Shown here one piece after another: positions 47,987 through 58,416 of a DNA stretch of 64,000 nt. The DNA is taken from IMG/VR virus record IMGVR_UViG_3300025133_000028; one strand, given 5' to 3'. A program made the position numbers and the translations under genes. Under the pieces are notes generated by a model that did no database searches, had not been told where the DNA came from, and was given only the letters and a program-made list of their open reading frames with translations. The stretch is from a virus. The first letter of the stretch is position 1; the number at the start of each line of letters is the position of its first letter.

Positions 47987-48916
47987 ATGATGACAATCCC
48001 ACAAGAATACAAAAGCGTGACCGTTGCAGACCTACGAGCAGAATTGGTTTTACTTGACGTAGACGACGATATCGTAAACGCTCTTAAAGGCAAACAAGCT
48101 CTTGTAGATTACTTGGTAGATACTAAAAACGCTAATGTAAATCTAGAGGAAGTAAAAGAAGTAGAAGAAGCACAAGTAGATACTGACCAAGACGAAGTAA
48201 TTCCAGATTACAACTCTCCAGAATGGCAAGATTTTGTAATGTCTAAATTTACTGATAGTGAAACAGTAGAAAACTCTAAAGGTAAACCAGAACCAAAAGT
48301 AGGTGGCTTACGTAGAGTAGTTGGATTACTAATTGGTGATATCCTTGAAAGCTATCCTCAACATTACACACCTTCGTTAGACGCTGGTGTAGACGGTAGA
48401 GCAAGTTGCTCTTATATTATCAAAGTAGATTTTGGTAATGAAGTTAGAACATTTGGTGCTGTTGCTGACAGTTGTATTAATAACACTGACGATTTCGTGG
48501 CTGGATATCCATTAGCGGTAGCCGAAACACGAGCAGAAAGCAGAGCACTTAAAAAGATTTTGCGGCTTGAGGGTCTAGCAGCAGAAGAAACAACCAGAGA
48601 CAAAGACCCCACAATATTTGCCAGAACGGCAAAAAAGGAAGCAAGTGTGAATATTGATAATGATACTCCAACAAGTATTACTTCTGCTCAAATTAATATG
48701 ATTACTAAAAAATGTGAATCGTTTAAAATAGATGTAGAGAAGTTCATTAATTCAGGAGTAAACAAATACAATAAATTTGAAGACGTACCTTATGAAACAG
48801 CACAAAGAATGATTAAGCGTCTAAATGATTATCAATCCAACACTTCTACAACCAAGCACATTGATGTACCTGACGGGTTAAAACTTGTCGATATTGACGC
48901 GAAAAACGCAAACTAG
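47987..48916 (+). CDS. putative ssDNA-annealing (Rad52/ERF-like) protein
   Basis: AVAETRAESRALKKILRL helix and C-terminal ITSAQI...A..MI domain; GGAG RBS; function is inference. Confidence 0.5.
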   Translation: MMTIPQEYKSVTVADLRAELVLLDVDDDIVNALKGKQALVDYLVDTKNANVNLEEVKEVEEAQVDTDQDEVIPDYNSPEWQDFVMSKFTDSETVENSKGKPEPKVGGLRRVVGLLIGDILESYPQHYTPSLDAGVDGRASCSYIIKVDFGNEVRTFGAVADSCINNTDDFVAGYPLAVAETRAESRALKKILRLEGLAAEETTRDKDPTIFARTAKKEASVNIDNDTPTSITSAQINMITKKCESFKIDVEKFINSGVNKYNKFEDVPYETAQRMIKRLNDYQSNTSTTKHIDVPDGLKLVDIDAKNAN

Positions 48917-48922
48917 GAGAAA

Positions 48923-49294
48923 GTGATGAAAGTAACTTATGATAGCAATACCAAAGGTCTTAAAGCAGAATTTGATTGTGCAACACAACAAGAGTTGTTT
49001 AAAGAATTGTCTGAATTTCAAGAAGTCTTTGAAGATGTCCCTACTAGAAAAGATAGTAACGGAAATCTAATGAGTCCGAAAGATTTGCGGTTTAACATCC
49101 GTAAAAACGGTGATGACGAATACTTTGAAGTTCGATACGTTGGCGACAACAAAGAATTTTGGGGTGTGAGAAAAGCTTTTGGTTGCCATAAGAAAGGTGG
49201 AGGACTATTCCCACAACGTAAGGATAAAGACGGAGAATACCTACCCCACAAAGGTTGGGTAAAATGGGACAAGGAATCAGAAAAATACGTGTAA
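48923..49294 (+). CDS. hypothetical protein
   Basis: AGGAG RBS. Confidence 0.7.
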   Translation: MMKVTYDSNTKGLKAEFDCATQQELFKELSEFQEVFEDVPTRKDSNGNLMSPKDLRFNIRKNGDDEYFEVRYVGDNKEFWGVRKAFGCHKKGGGLFPQRKDKDGEYLPHKGWVKWDKESEKYV

Positions 49295-49310
49295 CAGCGT
49301 AATATACTAC

Positions 49311-49342
49311 AAAAATAGGTCAGAGAAATCTGGCCTATTTTT
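49311..49342. terminator. intrinsic terminator (bidirectional shape)
   Basis: AAAAATAGGTCAGA-GAAA-TCTGGCCTATTTTT. Confidence 0.85.
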
Positions 49343-49356
49343 ATAGAGGGACTTCA

Positions 49357-49566
49357 ATGAGTAAACAAAAAACACATACACCAAGAACACTATGTAAATC
49401 ATTAACACAATTGAGAAATATAGCTAAAAACTCACATTACAACGAACATTTTACAAAAGAAGAATCTAAATTTATATACGATATTTATAATAAATCATTT
49501 GATATAAGAAGAAGGCTAATGTTAGAACATAATTTAGATATACACAACGATTATAGGGACGTATAA
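49357..49566 (+). CDS. hypothetical protein
   Basis: RBS; short ORF. Confidence 0.55.
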   Translation: MSKQKTHTPRTLCKSLTQLRNIAKNSHYNEHFTKEESKFIYDIYNKSFDIRRRLMLEHNLDIHNDYRDV

Positions 49567-49901
49567 TGTACGTAGTATACAGAAAACACCTTTGGAAAAT
49601 ACCCAAAAGAAAGCTTAGAAAATCTAGGTCTAGAAAAGGTCTTAAAAAATGTCTGGATAAAATACTAGATAGTAGACCACAACCAGAATTTGACATTGGA
49701 ACAGCTTGCGGTTGGATAATTAAATTCGGCAATCAAAAAAGTTTCGACGCTGTATCTAGGTCAATGAAAATAATGGAAGAGGGTTTCAAAAACAAAAAAC
49801 CGTCACCTTATACAGACAAACTTAACCAATGGGCAAAGGAAGGTTTAAAAGATGAACAACGACGAATCGACAAAATTGTTGCCAAAGCAAAAAAACTTTA
49901 A
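49566..49901 (+). CDS. basic hypothetical protein
   Basis: TAATG coupling. Confidence 0.6.
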   Translation: MYVVYRKHLWKIPKRKLRKSRSRKGLKKCLDKILDSRPQPEFDIGTACGWIIKFGNQKSFDAVSRSMKIMEEGFKNKKPSPYTDKLNQWAKEGLKDEQRRIDKIVAKAKKL

Positions 49902-50055
49902 TGAATGGTCGTGGAGAATCCTAGCTGCCTTTAGTTTTTCTGGTTTAATGTTTCTTGCTATATTAAAACTATCTCCTGCGTGGTTGATAGGTATCTGCGG
50001 GATTCTTTCGCTTTATAATTTTATAAGATGTTTATTACTTGCTAACAATCTATAA
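49852..50055 (+). CDS. small membrane protein (2 TM)
   Basis: Two hydrophobic segments. Confidence 0.5.
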   Translation: MNNDESTKLLPKQKNFNEWSWRILAAFSFSGLMFLAILKLSPAWLIGICGILSLYNFIRCLLLANNL

Positions 50056-50064
50056 AGGAAACAA

Positions 50065-51456
50065 ATGACAATTAAAGACGCAGTAAATACAGCAAACGAA
50101 GTATTTGCGTGGTGGAAAACCGTACCTGCCCCACAAAGGGGTGACTTGATTAGGGAGTTCGGGAATACTTTAAGGAAAAATAAGTCTAAACTTGCGGAAA
50201 TTATCACGGAAGAGTCTCGCAAACCTATATCGGAAGCTTTGGGTGAGGTACAGGAAGCTATTGATATGTGTGACTTTGCTTGTGGTTTGAGTAGACAACT
50301 GTATGGTCTGACTATGGGAAGTGAACGACCTAACCACAGACTACAGGAAATGTGGCACCCGCTAGGACCAGTTGGTGTTATCTCTGCGTTTAATTTTCCT
50401 TGTGCTGTTTGGGCATGGAACTTCTGTTTAGCTGTTGTGTGTGGAAATCCGGTTATCTGGAAACCAAGCGAAAAGACTGAAAAGACTGCGGAATTATGTA
50501 AAAAACTATGGAACGATACGGTATTTGACACAGCAGAAAATAGAATTGGAGGTTTCAGTCCAGGTGCTGACTTTGATTTGGTACAAATAATCAAAGGAGG
50601 ACAAGAAGCCGCAGAAGAAATGGCTGACCACCCAGGTATTAAATTAGTAAGTGCAACAGGCAGTACTAAAATGGGTAAGAACATTGCTGAAAGAGTTGCC
50701 AGACGTTTGGGGCGTAGTCTATTAGAACTAGGCGGAAATAACGGCGGAATTATTTGTCCTAGTGCAGACCAAGACTTGGCATTACGCGGGGTTGTGTTCT
50801 CTGCTGTTGGAACTACCGGCCAAAGATGTACTACTTTACGTAGGTTATTTGTACATACCGACATCTACGACGAATTCGTAGGTAAGCTTAAAGCCGTATA
50901 TCATAAACTTGAGCCAGGAAATCCCGCAGAATCTAAAACACTGTTTGGACCATTGATTGACGAAGCAGCAGGCGATAAATATATAGACACTATAATTGAT
51001 TCCAAAAACGTAACATCGAGAGGTATAATTTATGACAATATTAATGACAAAATCAAGTACGTACATCCAGCCTTAATAGAATTAGACAAACCTAACGAAG
51101 CTTGTAAAAAAGAAGTGTTTGCACCAATATTATATATTTTTCCTTACAGTAATTTGCGTGACGCTATATCGCTACACAACGATGTACCACAAGGTTTGAG
51201 TAGTTGTATATTTACTAGAGATATGCAAGAGGCAGAGTTGTTTATTGGACCAGAAGGAAGTGATTGCGGAATTGTTAATGTTAACATTGGTCCGAGTGGA
51301 GCAGAGATTGGTGGGGCGTTTGGTGGCGAGAAAGACACCGGAGGAGGGAGAGAAAGCGGAAGTGACGCTTGGAAAAATTACATGCGTAGAACTACCGTTA
51401 CTATTAATTACGGAAACGACTTACCGTTGGCTCAAGGAGTACAGTTTGAATTGTAA
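50065..51456 (+). CDS. aldehyde dehydrogenase, ALDH7 (antiquitin / piperideine-6-carboxylate dehydrogenase) family
   Basis: ISAFNFP, WKPSEKT, SATGST, LELGGNN, GQRCTT, GAEIGGAFGGEKDTGGGRESGSDAWKNYMRR. Confidence 0.93.
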   Translation: MTIKDAVNTANEVFAWWKTVPAPQRGDLIREFGNTLRKNKSKLAEIITEESRKPISEALGEVQEAIDMCDFACGLSRQLYGLTMGSERPNHRLQEMWHPLGPVGVISAFNFPCAVWAWNFCLAVVCGNPVIWKPSEKTEKTAELCKKLWNDTVFDTAENRIGGFSPGADFDLVQIIKGGQEAAEEMADHPGIKLVSATGSTKMGKNIAERVARRLGRSLLELGGNNGGIICPSADQDLALRGVVFSAVGTTGQRCTTLRRLFVHTDIYDEFVGKLKAVYHKLEPGNPAESKTLFGPLIDEAAGDKYIDTIIDSKNVTSRGIIYDNINDKIKYVHPALIELDKPNEACKKEVFAPILYIFPYSNLRDAISLHNDVPQGLSSCIFTRDMQEAELFIGPEGSDCGIVNVNIGPSGAEIGGAFGGEKDTGGGRESGSDAWKNYMRRTTVTINYGNDLPLAQGVQFEL

Positions 51457-51645
51457 ATATATAGATGTTCAAAAATATCTTCAAACAGATAGTTTATTTT
51501 CTCGTGAAGATATAGACAAATGTATCGCATCACAAGATATGATAGACGATTTTATTACAAACGGTAAATATATTTGTGTAGAAGGTTTAGACTTTATTAT
51601 TGAAGGGTATTGTCAAAACGGCATATTTATGTTAACTAACATTAC

Positions 51646-51678
51646 AAAAAAAGCCCGCTGATTAAAGCGGGCTTTTTT
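51646..51678. terminator. bidirectional terminator between convergent gene blocks
   Basis: AAAAAAAGCCCGCT-GATTAA-AGCGGGCTTTTTT. Confidence 0.9.
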
Positions 51679-51695
51679 ATTGTAGAATTCTTATA

Positions 51696-52565
51696 TTATC
51701 TCTGATTCTTAAAATCTTCTATTATATTAGGATGATTTTCTGAAACATAATCATAAAATTGTTTAAAACACCTAAAATTCTCTGACGAACCCCTTTTAGA
51801 TGGTGTAGATATTGCATCTTCTGGTTTCCAACCAGCTTCTCTAAGTCTATATATTAGTGAATTATAAGTACATTTACACCTACTATCTAATGACCAATTG
51901 TTGGCGTTTTTAGTTTCTCCCCATGCTGTTATGTTGATACTAACACTACGATTATCGCTTTGTTCTTTAGTAGTTGCCCATCTGCAATTTTCTGGACAAT
52001 AATTTCCAAGATTGTCTTTTCTATCAATAGATAATTCGTCAGAATATCCGTTTTTCATAGCCCAATTGTAAAAATTATCAAAAACAAGCCATTCTTCGCA
52101 TACTCTAATACCTTTGGCTCCATAATTTTTATAAGCTCTCTGGCTTTTATATATACATCTGGCTTTCATGCCATTCCAAATACTAAACAATCTATGGTCG
52201 GAAAGACCGTGTGTAGTATTTTTCTTTGTAACATCTGGTCTTCTACGGTCTGGCCAACCAACTTTTCCTTTATTAAGTTGTGTTAACTTATAAACAGATG
52301 TTTTACCACATCCTAACGTAGATTTAACTTTTGCCATACTTATATGTGTGTTGCCGTCGTGTGTGATATATATATCTATAATTTCCCATCCTTTAACAAC
52401 ATCTCCAACAACACATGTTTCTTTTTCTAATCCAAGCTCGTTATACTTATGTCGAACAGACCTAGTTGTTCTTCCTAGTATCTTTGCTATGTCCTTACAA
52501 GCAATACTTGGTCCATGTTTTGTTAAGTAATCCAATTCTTCTTGTGTCCAAATTCGTCCTGCCAT
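51696..52565 (-). CDS. HNH-type homing endonuclease with N-terminal HTH/Myb-like segment
   Basis: WTQEELDYL; WNGMKARC, YGAKGIRVCEEW, SIDRKDNLGNYCPENCRWAT. Confidence 0.85.
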   Translation of the reverse strand: MAGRIWTQEELDYLTKHGPSIACKDIAKILGRTTRSVRHKYNELGLEKETCVVGDVVKGWEIIDIYITHDGNTHISMAKVKSTLGCGKTSVYKLTQLNKGKVGWPDRRRPDVTKKNTTHGLSDHRLFSIWNGMKARCIYKSQRAYKNYGAKGIRVCEEWLVFDNFYNWAMKNGYSDELSIDRKDNLGNYCPENCRWATTKEQSDNRSVSINITAWGETKNANNWSLDSRCKCTYNSLIYRLREAGWKPEDAISTPSKRGSSENFRCFKQFYDYVSENHPNIIEDFKNQR

Positions 52566-52612
52566 AAAAAATCTCCCATTCGTGTAAATAAAGTAAAAGT
52601 TTTCTCTACTTA

Positions 52613-52641
52613 CTTATACACCAATGGGAGCAAAATGTCAA
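52613..52641 (-). promoter_or_regulatory. sigma70-type promoter for the HNH gene
   Basis: TTGACA-N17-TATAAG on - strand; includes TGGTGTATA. Confidence 0.65.
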
Positions 52642-52671
52642 TAAAATTTTATACATTTTTGGTATTATTCC

Positions 52672-53283
52672 TTATAAATATTCCAGCTCAACGTATAATC
52701 CGTATAAATTCTTAGAGCCAATTGAGTCCGGTGAGGCACTAATAGCAACATAGTAATCGTGTCTATCAGCAGTAGTATCAGAACCATTAGGTCTCTGCCC
52801 CGACATACCAGGACTTGCAACCAAATCCATAATAACAGCACTACCAGTTGGTGTATTCCAGGTTGTATCACCAGAACCATTGTTGTTTTGTACAACGTCT
52901 GGGTGGATAATTTCAGCTACTTTGGTTGTAACACCAGAAGCTGGATTATTGATATTTGTACGGTCAAAAATTCTCAACTTACTATTCTGCGTTTTTACAG
53001 CAGAAGTATGAGAAAATCTAACATTCAAAGTAGCCAAAGCATTGGTAATTTGGGTCAAAGCAACAGAACCTAATCCGTTAATTGAACCGCTACCAGGGTG
53101 TTTCCACTTATTGTCATTAACCTGTGGACCCTGAATAGTACCGTTTGCATCAGTAATAAACGTTGAAGTTTGGTATGAACCAACCTCAACTGACGAACCG
53201 AAAGAACTACCATAAAAACCCAAACCTGAGCCATTTAAATTGGTGATTCCGTTGTCATCAGCATGAAAGCTAATAGTAGCCAT
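52672..53283 (-). CDS. putative virion structural protein
   Basis: AGGAG RBS; G/S/T/N-rich beta composition; in structural block. Confidence 0.65.
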   Translation of the reverse strand: MATISFHADDNGITNLNGSGLGFYGSSFGSSVEVGSYQTSTFITDANGTIQGPQVNDNKWKHPGSGSINGLGSVALTQITNALATLNVRFSHTSAVKTQNSKLRIFDRTNINNPASGVTTKVAEIIHPDVVQNNNGSGDTTWNTPTGSAVIMDLVASPGMSGQRPNGSDTTADRHDYYVAISASPDSIGSKNLYGLYVELEYL

Positions 53284-53335
53284 ATCTTTATATCTCCTAA
53301 TAATTTGTGTTTAAAATAATAGAACTCTAGTGTAT

Positions 53336-53344
53336 TATACGCCA
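53336..53344 (-). promoter_or_regulatory. TGGCGTATA motif, candidate phage late promoter
   Basis: Exact 9-mer also at or next to intergenic regions at 7135 and 12977. Confidence 0.5.
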
Positions 53345-53346
53345 TT

Positions 53347-56300
53347 TTAAGCAATGTCTGTGTCATTTATCCAAACATTACCAGTTCTTTCAACAGTCAT
53401 TCTACCATATGCCTTGGTAGACCATTGGGTTTGTAAAAAAGAAGGAGGGTCTATTAATCTCATCATTATATCAACAGTGTCTCCACTGGCAAAATTAACC
53501 AAAAAGTCTGTAGAATATGACCCTAATCCTTTAGAACGTGTGTGTTGAGGAAAAATAGGCACATCCCAGGGCCATTTCCAGCCGTTTTTATTAATAATTG
53601 GTTCTGTACTCAAACCGTTTTTATAAACAAATGTTTTCATGGTGATAGTAGGATGAATAGTGGTTCTTAAACTATCAATATCGACTTGGTCAAAAACAAC
53701 ATCATGTGTATGAGCAACTGTTGGTCCAGAGGCTCCATCGGTATCTACTGTGTATGATGTTAACCTTGGATAACTTGTTAAATCCCAATCAAAAGTGAAA
53801 CCAATTCTATAAACTCCAGATTTTTCTATCTTAACAGCATATGTGTCTGTGCTTAAGTCACTACTAACGGTTAAATCATTTTGATTTAAATTATCAGTAT
53901 GTGAATTAAAATACAAACCGTCTGAAATAGCCGCTGTTGTAATAACCGGAGGAACAACATTACCAACAACTCCTGAAGAAGCAAAATTTAAACCCCAAAA
54001 TTCTGAAACAGATTTCTGTGTTGTTGTCCAAACCTTGGCGCTGTCATCCCATCTTAAATCAATAGGTCCAGCTTTCCATTTGTCCATACGAGAATGGTGG
54101 TCGTCTAAAAAATCGTCAGTTGGAGTATCAGGGTCTGAATTAGGTACAGGTTTTCCTTTGGTGTCATATCCCCAACCAACACCAATAGCAGGAAGTTTAA
54201 TACCCATGGCTCTAACTTTTTCTGTGCCGTCAGCATCACCATTAGATAACAAAGTATCTGGTATTTCAGAACTATGAGTGACCAATGATATGTCGTGATT
54301 GGAACCAAAAGGATTTAATGTTTGGGCATTAATATTGCCTGTTCCGGTTTCAAAGTGTGGTAAAACATCTGTATCTTCATCTACATCGTTTGAGTATGGT
54401 CTAAACATACCGTCCAAAGACATAGCCGCTTTCTTGTCATAATCAACACCCATATGGCTACTAACATTATAATTAGGAGCAATAGCTGCCGTACCTTTTC
54501 TAGCGTCAGTATCAGTATTGGTTAACATCATACCCATAATTACTTGGGATGACGAAGCTGGTTTCTTACGATTAATTCCTGCTCTTTCTCTCAAGGCAAA
54601 AAACTTACTAAAAGGTGGTGCTGGTTGCTTAAATAAATTTCTAAACATACGTCTTTGTTGTTGTTGTCTTTTAGAAATTCTTTGCATTCTATCAGCATTG
54701 GCTTTAGATATCTTACCAAATCTTCTAGTCCAAGTTTCCATTCTATATGTACTTGTTACACCATCAGCACCAATTTTAATAGTAATATCCGTAACGTAAG
54801 GACCGGCAGAAATAAGTTGTCCACCCAATTGTATAGTTGGGGCACCAGGAAATTCTAACAATCCTGTTTCACCAACCTGAGCATTAGAACTAGCGCCAAC
54901 AACTTTAGCGTTACCAGCTAAGTTCATAGCAGAAAAACCACCATAGTTCCAAGGAACTAGTGATTCGTCCTGTTCAAATTCAACCTTACCTTCTGCACCC
55001 CATAGATACCATGGGCCATAAACATCGATATTACTCTTTAAAGGAACAGCAGCCATAGTAGGAATAACAGCAGCACCTCTGTTTTCAAAGAATAACTGTT
55101 CGCCCCCTGGTTGACCAATTAGTTTCGCAATTGTTTCTTCTACTTTTGCGTCTCCATGTGTTGTTAAAACTTCTCGAAGAACAGCTAACATAGCGCCAGC
55201 AAAATCATTGCTGTCATCTAAATCACGAACCTGACCGCTTATAGTAACAATAGCTTTTGGACTAAAGTTTGTACTTCTGTTCAGATGAACAATTTCTGGA
55301 TTGACTTGACATTTAACAAAAACAGTTGTTCCATTAGGTTGCATAATAAGGTCATTCTCTGGAACGTCAGAAAAATCTAAGTTTTGAGCATTGTCATACT
55401 TAACATACGCTTCAACTCTACCGTCTTGTGTAGTGACGGAATTTACATCAAATGGCATTAAGTTTAAAGATACCGCAGATGCAAATTCATTTTCATCAAT
55501 GTATCCCGCGTCAGTAGTTTCGTAACTTGTAGTAATTAATCCGGTTTCATCATCCTGTGCGGTATATAAGAAAGGAATACTAACTAAAAATTGTTTACCA
55601 TAAAACTCACTAGCAAGTTTATACACAAAGTCATAAATGATTCTAATAGTTTCTTCGTGACCACCAGCAATGGCAGAATTAATTTGTTTACGTGAAAAAC
55701 CACCAAACTCAATTGGCGACATAGCTTTGATTTCAGCCAAAGCTTTAGCTTCTAATGCTGTTTTTAGTTTTTCTAAACCATTGCCAATAATATTGAGCTT
55801 GGTTGCTCTTTTAAATTGTGGTGTATCTTTATTATCGTCTCTACCACTTAAAAATATTTCCCATGACTCTTGACCAGCTAGAGCAGCACGCATTTCAGCA
55901 ACATCTGACCAGTAAAAAGCACCAATACCAGGAACATTTAGTGTTCTGGAATCTACCGCAAACGTATGAGCATCATTAACACCGACACCATATACTGGAT
56001 TTTGAGCCGCGTTTAAACCCCAAAAAGGCCAAATGGCTTGATTGCTACCAGCATACTGAAACCACGTAAGTAGTTTATTACCACCAACAGCAAACTTGCT
56101 TGTGGTCTCATTACGTAATTCTCTACCACTGTCTTTGACTACAGTTTCGGTATTGTTAACTACGTATTCGTCAATCTTACCTAGTTGCGGAGCATCGTTT
56201 CTACTAATAGTTTGAAGTTTGATTACATTTCGGGTTTCAAATATATCCAAAACCGTGTTATATACTTCTTCTTCTTGAAGGATAAAAAAGTAATCATGAA

Positions 56301-56904
56301 CACCGGCTTCGCAGATTTCATTGATATAATCCATTAAGCTGATGTTTGCGCCACCTATTCTATAAAAAGACGGAACTGAAGGCAAAGCCGATAGGTCTAA
56401 TACATACGTACTCCCTTTAAACACAACAGGGTCTAATGAACTATCGGCTATAGCATTCATGGCAAGTAGAACATTTCTCCAAGGCATACCACCTTCATTG
56501 ACTCCAGCTTGACCAAATCCGTAATTAGACTCTAAGAATCCGTAAACATTATATATGTTGGGAACGTTATATGTACTGCCTGTATAGCCATCCAAAATCA
56601 TTTGGACACCATCAAGAATTTCTCTTGGGTCTGTAATTACAATGTCATACAAAGGGTTGCCAGAAGTACCGTGTTTTCTCTTCCAGTTTTGAAGCAATCC
56701 ACCAAAAGTCCATCCTTCATATTCAAAATATACAGGAGCACCCAGTGATTCTCTAAATTGGTTAATTGGTGGATTAAAACTATCTCCATTTGCGTTGTCT
56801 TCAACTAGAGTTACATTCAGACTAGATGGCTGAGAACCCCAACCTAGACTTGCACTAAAGTTTACTATAGAAGCACCTAAAAAGCTTCCTCTACTTAAAG
56901 CCAT
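53347..56904 (-). CDS. large tail/baseplate-region structural protein (1185 aa)
   Basis: Size, beta-rich composition, position downstream of tape measure. Confidence 0.65.
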   Translation of the reverse strand: MALSRGSFLGASIVNFSASLGWGSQPSSLNVTLVEDNANGDSFNPPINQFRESLGAPVYFEYEGWTFGGLLQNWKRKHGTSGNPLYDIVITDPREILDGVQMILDGYTGSTYNVPNIYNVYGFLESNYGFGQAGVNEGGMPWRNVLLAMNAIADSSLDPVVFKGSTYVLDLSALPSVPSFYRIGGANISLMDYINEICEAGVHDYFFILQEEEVYNTVLDIFETRNVIKLQTISRNDAPQLGKIDEYVVNNTETVVKDSGRELRNETTSKFAVGGNKLLTWFQYAGSNQAIWPFWGLNAAQNPVYGVGVNDAHTFAVDSRTLNVPGIGAFYWSDVAEMRAALAGQESWEIFLSGRDDNKDTPQFKRATKLNIIGNGLEKLKTALEAKALAEIKAMSPIEFGGFSRKQINSAIAGGHEETIRIIYDFVYKLASEFYGKQFLVSIPFLYTAQDDETGLITTSYETTDAGYIDENEFASAVSLNLMPFDVNSVTTQDGRVEAYVKYDNAQNLDFSDVPENDLIMQPNGTTVFVKCQVNPEIVHLNRSTNFSPKAIVTISGQVRDLDDSNDFAGAMLAVLREVLTTHGDAKVEETIAKLIGQPGGEQLFFENRGAAVIPTMAAVPLKSNIDVYGPWYLWGAEGKVEFEQDESLVPWNYGGFSAMNLAGNAKVVGASSNAQVGETGLLEFPGAPTIQLGGQLISAGPYVTDITIKIGADGVTSTYRMETWTRRFGKISKANADRMQRISKRQQQQRRMFRNLFKQPAPPFSKFFALRERAGINRKKPASSSQVIMGMMLTNTDTDARKGTAAIAPNYNVSSHMGVDYDKKAAMSLDGMFRPYSNDVDEDTDVLPHFETGTGNINAQTLNPFGSNHDISLVTHSSEIPDTLLSNGDADGTEKVRAMGIKLPAIGVGWGYDTKGKPVPNSDPDTPTDDFLDDHHSRMDKWKAGPIDLRWDDSAKVWTTTQKSVSEFWGLNFASSGVVGNVVPPVITTAAISDGLYFNSHTDNLNQNDLTVSSDLSTDTYAVKIEKSGVYRIGFTFDWDLTSYPRLTSYTVDTDGASGPTVAHTHDVVFDQVDIDSLRTTIHPTITMKTFVYKNGLSTEPIINKNGWKWPWDVPIFPQHTRSKGLGSYSTDFLVNFASGDTVDIMMRLIDPPSFLQTQWSTKAYGRMTVERTGNVWINDTDIA

Positions 56905-56907
56905 TTT

Positions 56908-58404
56908 TTATTCCTCATATACCCAATCTATAGAATAAGAAAAACTCCCTTCTGTTGGGTTCCAGTTTGATTGTGGTTGATTTCTGAAAACCTGACTACC
57001 AGTTGGTTGAGCAGCTTGGATAAGACTTCTAATATCTCCCGAAGTGTTAGCTTTTTCCAATGGTGTTTTCATAAATTCCTTAATAGACGCTTGGTCTGTT
57101 CCCGATAGGGTGTCTGGTTTAAATGCCACTTCGATATTAAGACTTCTATTCAACGCAGGACGAGTACCAATATCTTGCAATACTGGTCCTACTGCTCTTC
57201 CTAATACCGGAATTTGAGCGAAAATATCACCATCCAAACCATCTCGAATACCAATAACTTCACTTAGAGAGCCTGACACTATGTTTGAGGGTCTATCGTC
57301 ATATAACAAGCTATAATTAATTGTGCCCGTCACAGGGTTTCTAGCAGTCGTTTGTGATAAAGGATTGATATTTAATGAAGTGTTTTCAGAATATGCCCGA
57401 GCACGACCAAACGCCATGCCAGACGCAACAAGATATGCTTCCTTAGCACTGTCCCATTTACTTTTAGTAATTAGATGACTGGTTGAATCTCTTAATTCTA
57501 AACCAGCAATGTTACCATCTATATTAACTTGTACTCTACCGCCATTATTGTTAGTAGATACATTCAACGTTTCAACAGCAGAACCACTAGACGCCATAAG
57601 CCAAGTCTCTACCAATGCGTATGCACCACCAAGTTCGTCTACATTTTCATTAATAATGTGATTAAATGCTTGGTATGTATCATTAAAGCTATGTAGATTA
57701 AATTCACCAGAATTAAACGTAGGATTAAATCTTTCTCCTTTTTTAGAATGTACATAATCTCTAGCTTGTTGCCATGCGGGTTTAGCTAATGTTCCAGTAT
57801 CATCATAAAAAGCTTTGCCTACAGCACTTAAATTATGAGTCAAAACATAGGTTGGAATATTTCCACCAGAACCAAAAACAACCTGTTCTTCATTAGTGTC
57901 TATCGACCAGTTTTCACTTGCGGTACTCACATACACACCAGATGGTGCCAAACCCAACTGAGCTACATAGTCTTCTTGACCTGGATATAAAATATCCGTA
58001 TCTAAAACTATAGAATAAGTACTTGTATTAAAGTGTTGACCTTGAGGAAAAACAATGGAAACAATCCTAGGATTACACTTAATTGATTGTTGCCCGTCTG
58101 CACTTTGGACTTCAAACTGTAAACCTTGTTGAGAAAACAACGAACGAATAGATTCTTGCTTTCTTTGAATATTTCCAAGTCTACTATCTCCATCAACAGT
58201 TTCGTCTGGAGGGAATCCGCCAACAGTATGAAAAGTGCCACTTCCACTAGGCGAACCTTTGAAAGAACAAATAGTTCCATTAATAGTGATACTATATTTA
58301 GAACCTATTTGTGTACTATCACCCGTTGTTTCATACTGTTTAGATACAGCAATAAACGGAGCAGGAATCAACCTGTTTCCATTATACATAACTCTAGTAG
58401 ACAT
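56908..58404 (-). CDS. putative tail structural protein (498 aa)
   Basis: GAGGT RBS; beta-rich; structural block. Confidence 0.65.
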   Translation of the reverse strand: MSTRVMYNGNRLIPAPFIAVSKQYETTGDSTQIGSKYSITINGTICSFKGSPSGSGTFHTVGGFPPDETVDGDSRLGNIQRKQESIRSLFSQQGLQFEVQSADGQQSIKCNPRIVSIVFPQGQHFNTSTYSIVLDTDILYPGQEDYVAQLGLAPSGVYVSTASENWSIDTNEEQVVFGSGGNIPTYVLTHNLSAVGKAFYDDTGTLAKPAWQQARDYVHSKKGERFNPTFNSGEFNLHSFNDTYQAFNHIINENVDELGGAYALVETWLMASSGSAVETLNVSTNNNGGRVQVNIDGNIAGLELRDSTSHLITKSKWDSAKEAYLVASGMAFGRARAYSENTSLNINPLSQTTARNPVTGTINYSLLYDDRPSNIVSGSLSEVIGIRDGLDGDIFAQIPVLGRAVGPVLQDIGTRPALNRSLNIEVAFKPDTLSGTDQASIKEFMKTPLEKANTSGDIRSLIQAAQPTGSQVFRNQPQSNWNPTEGSFSYSIDWVYEE

Positions 58405-58416
58405 AATTACCTCTTA

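Noticed and set aside
50013-50864. 283-aa antisense ORF (and similar shadow ORFs, e.g. 3102-3674, 21608-22129)
   Set aside because: Antisense to well-conserved genes; explained by codon bias
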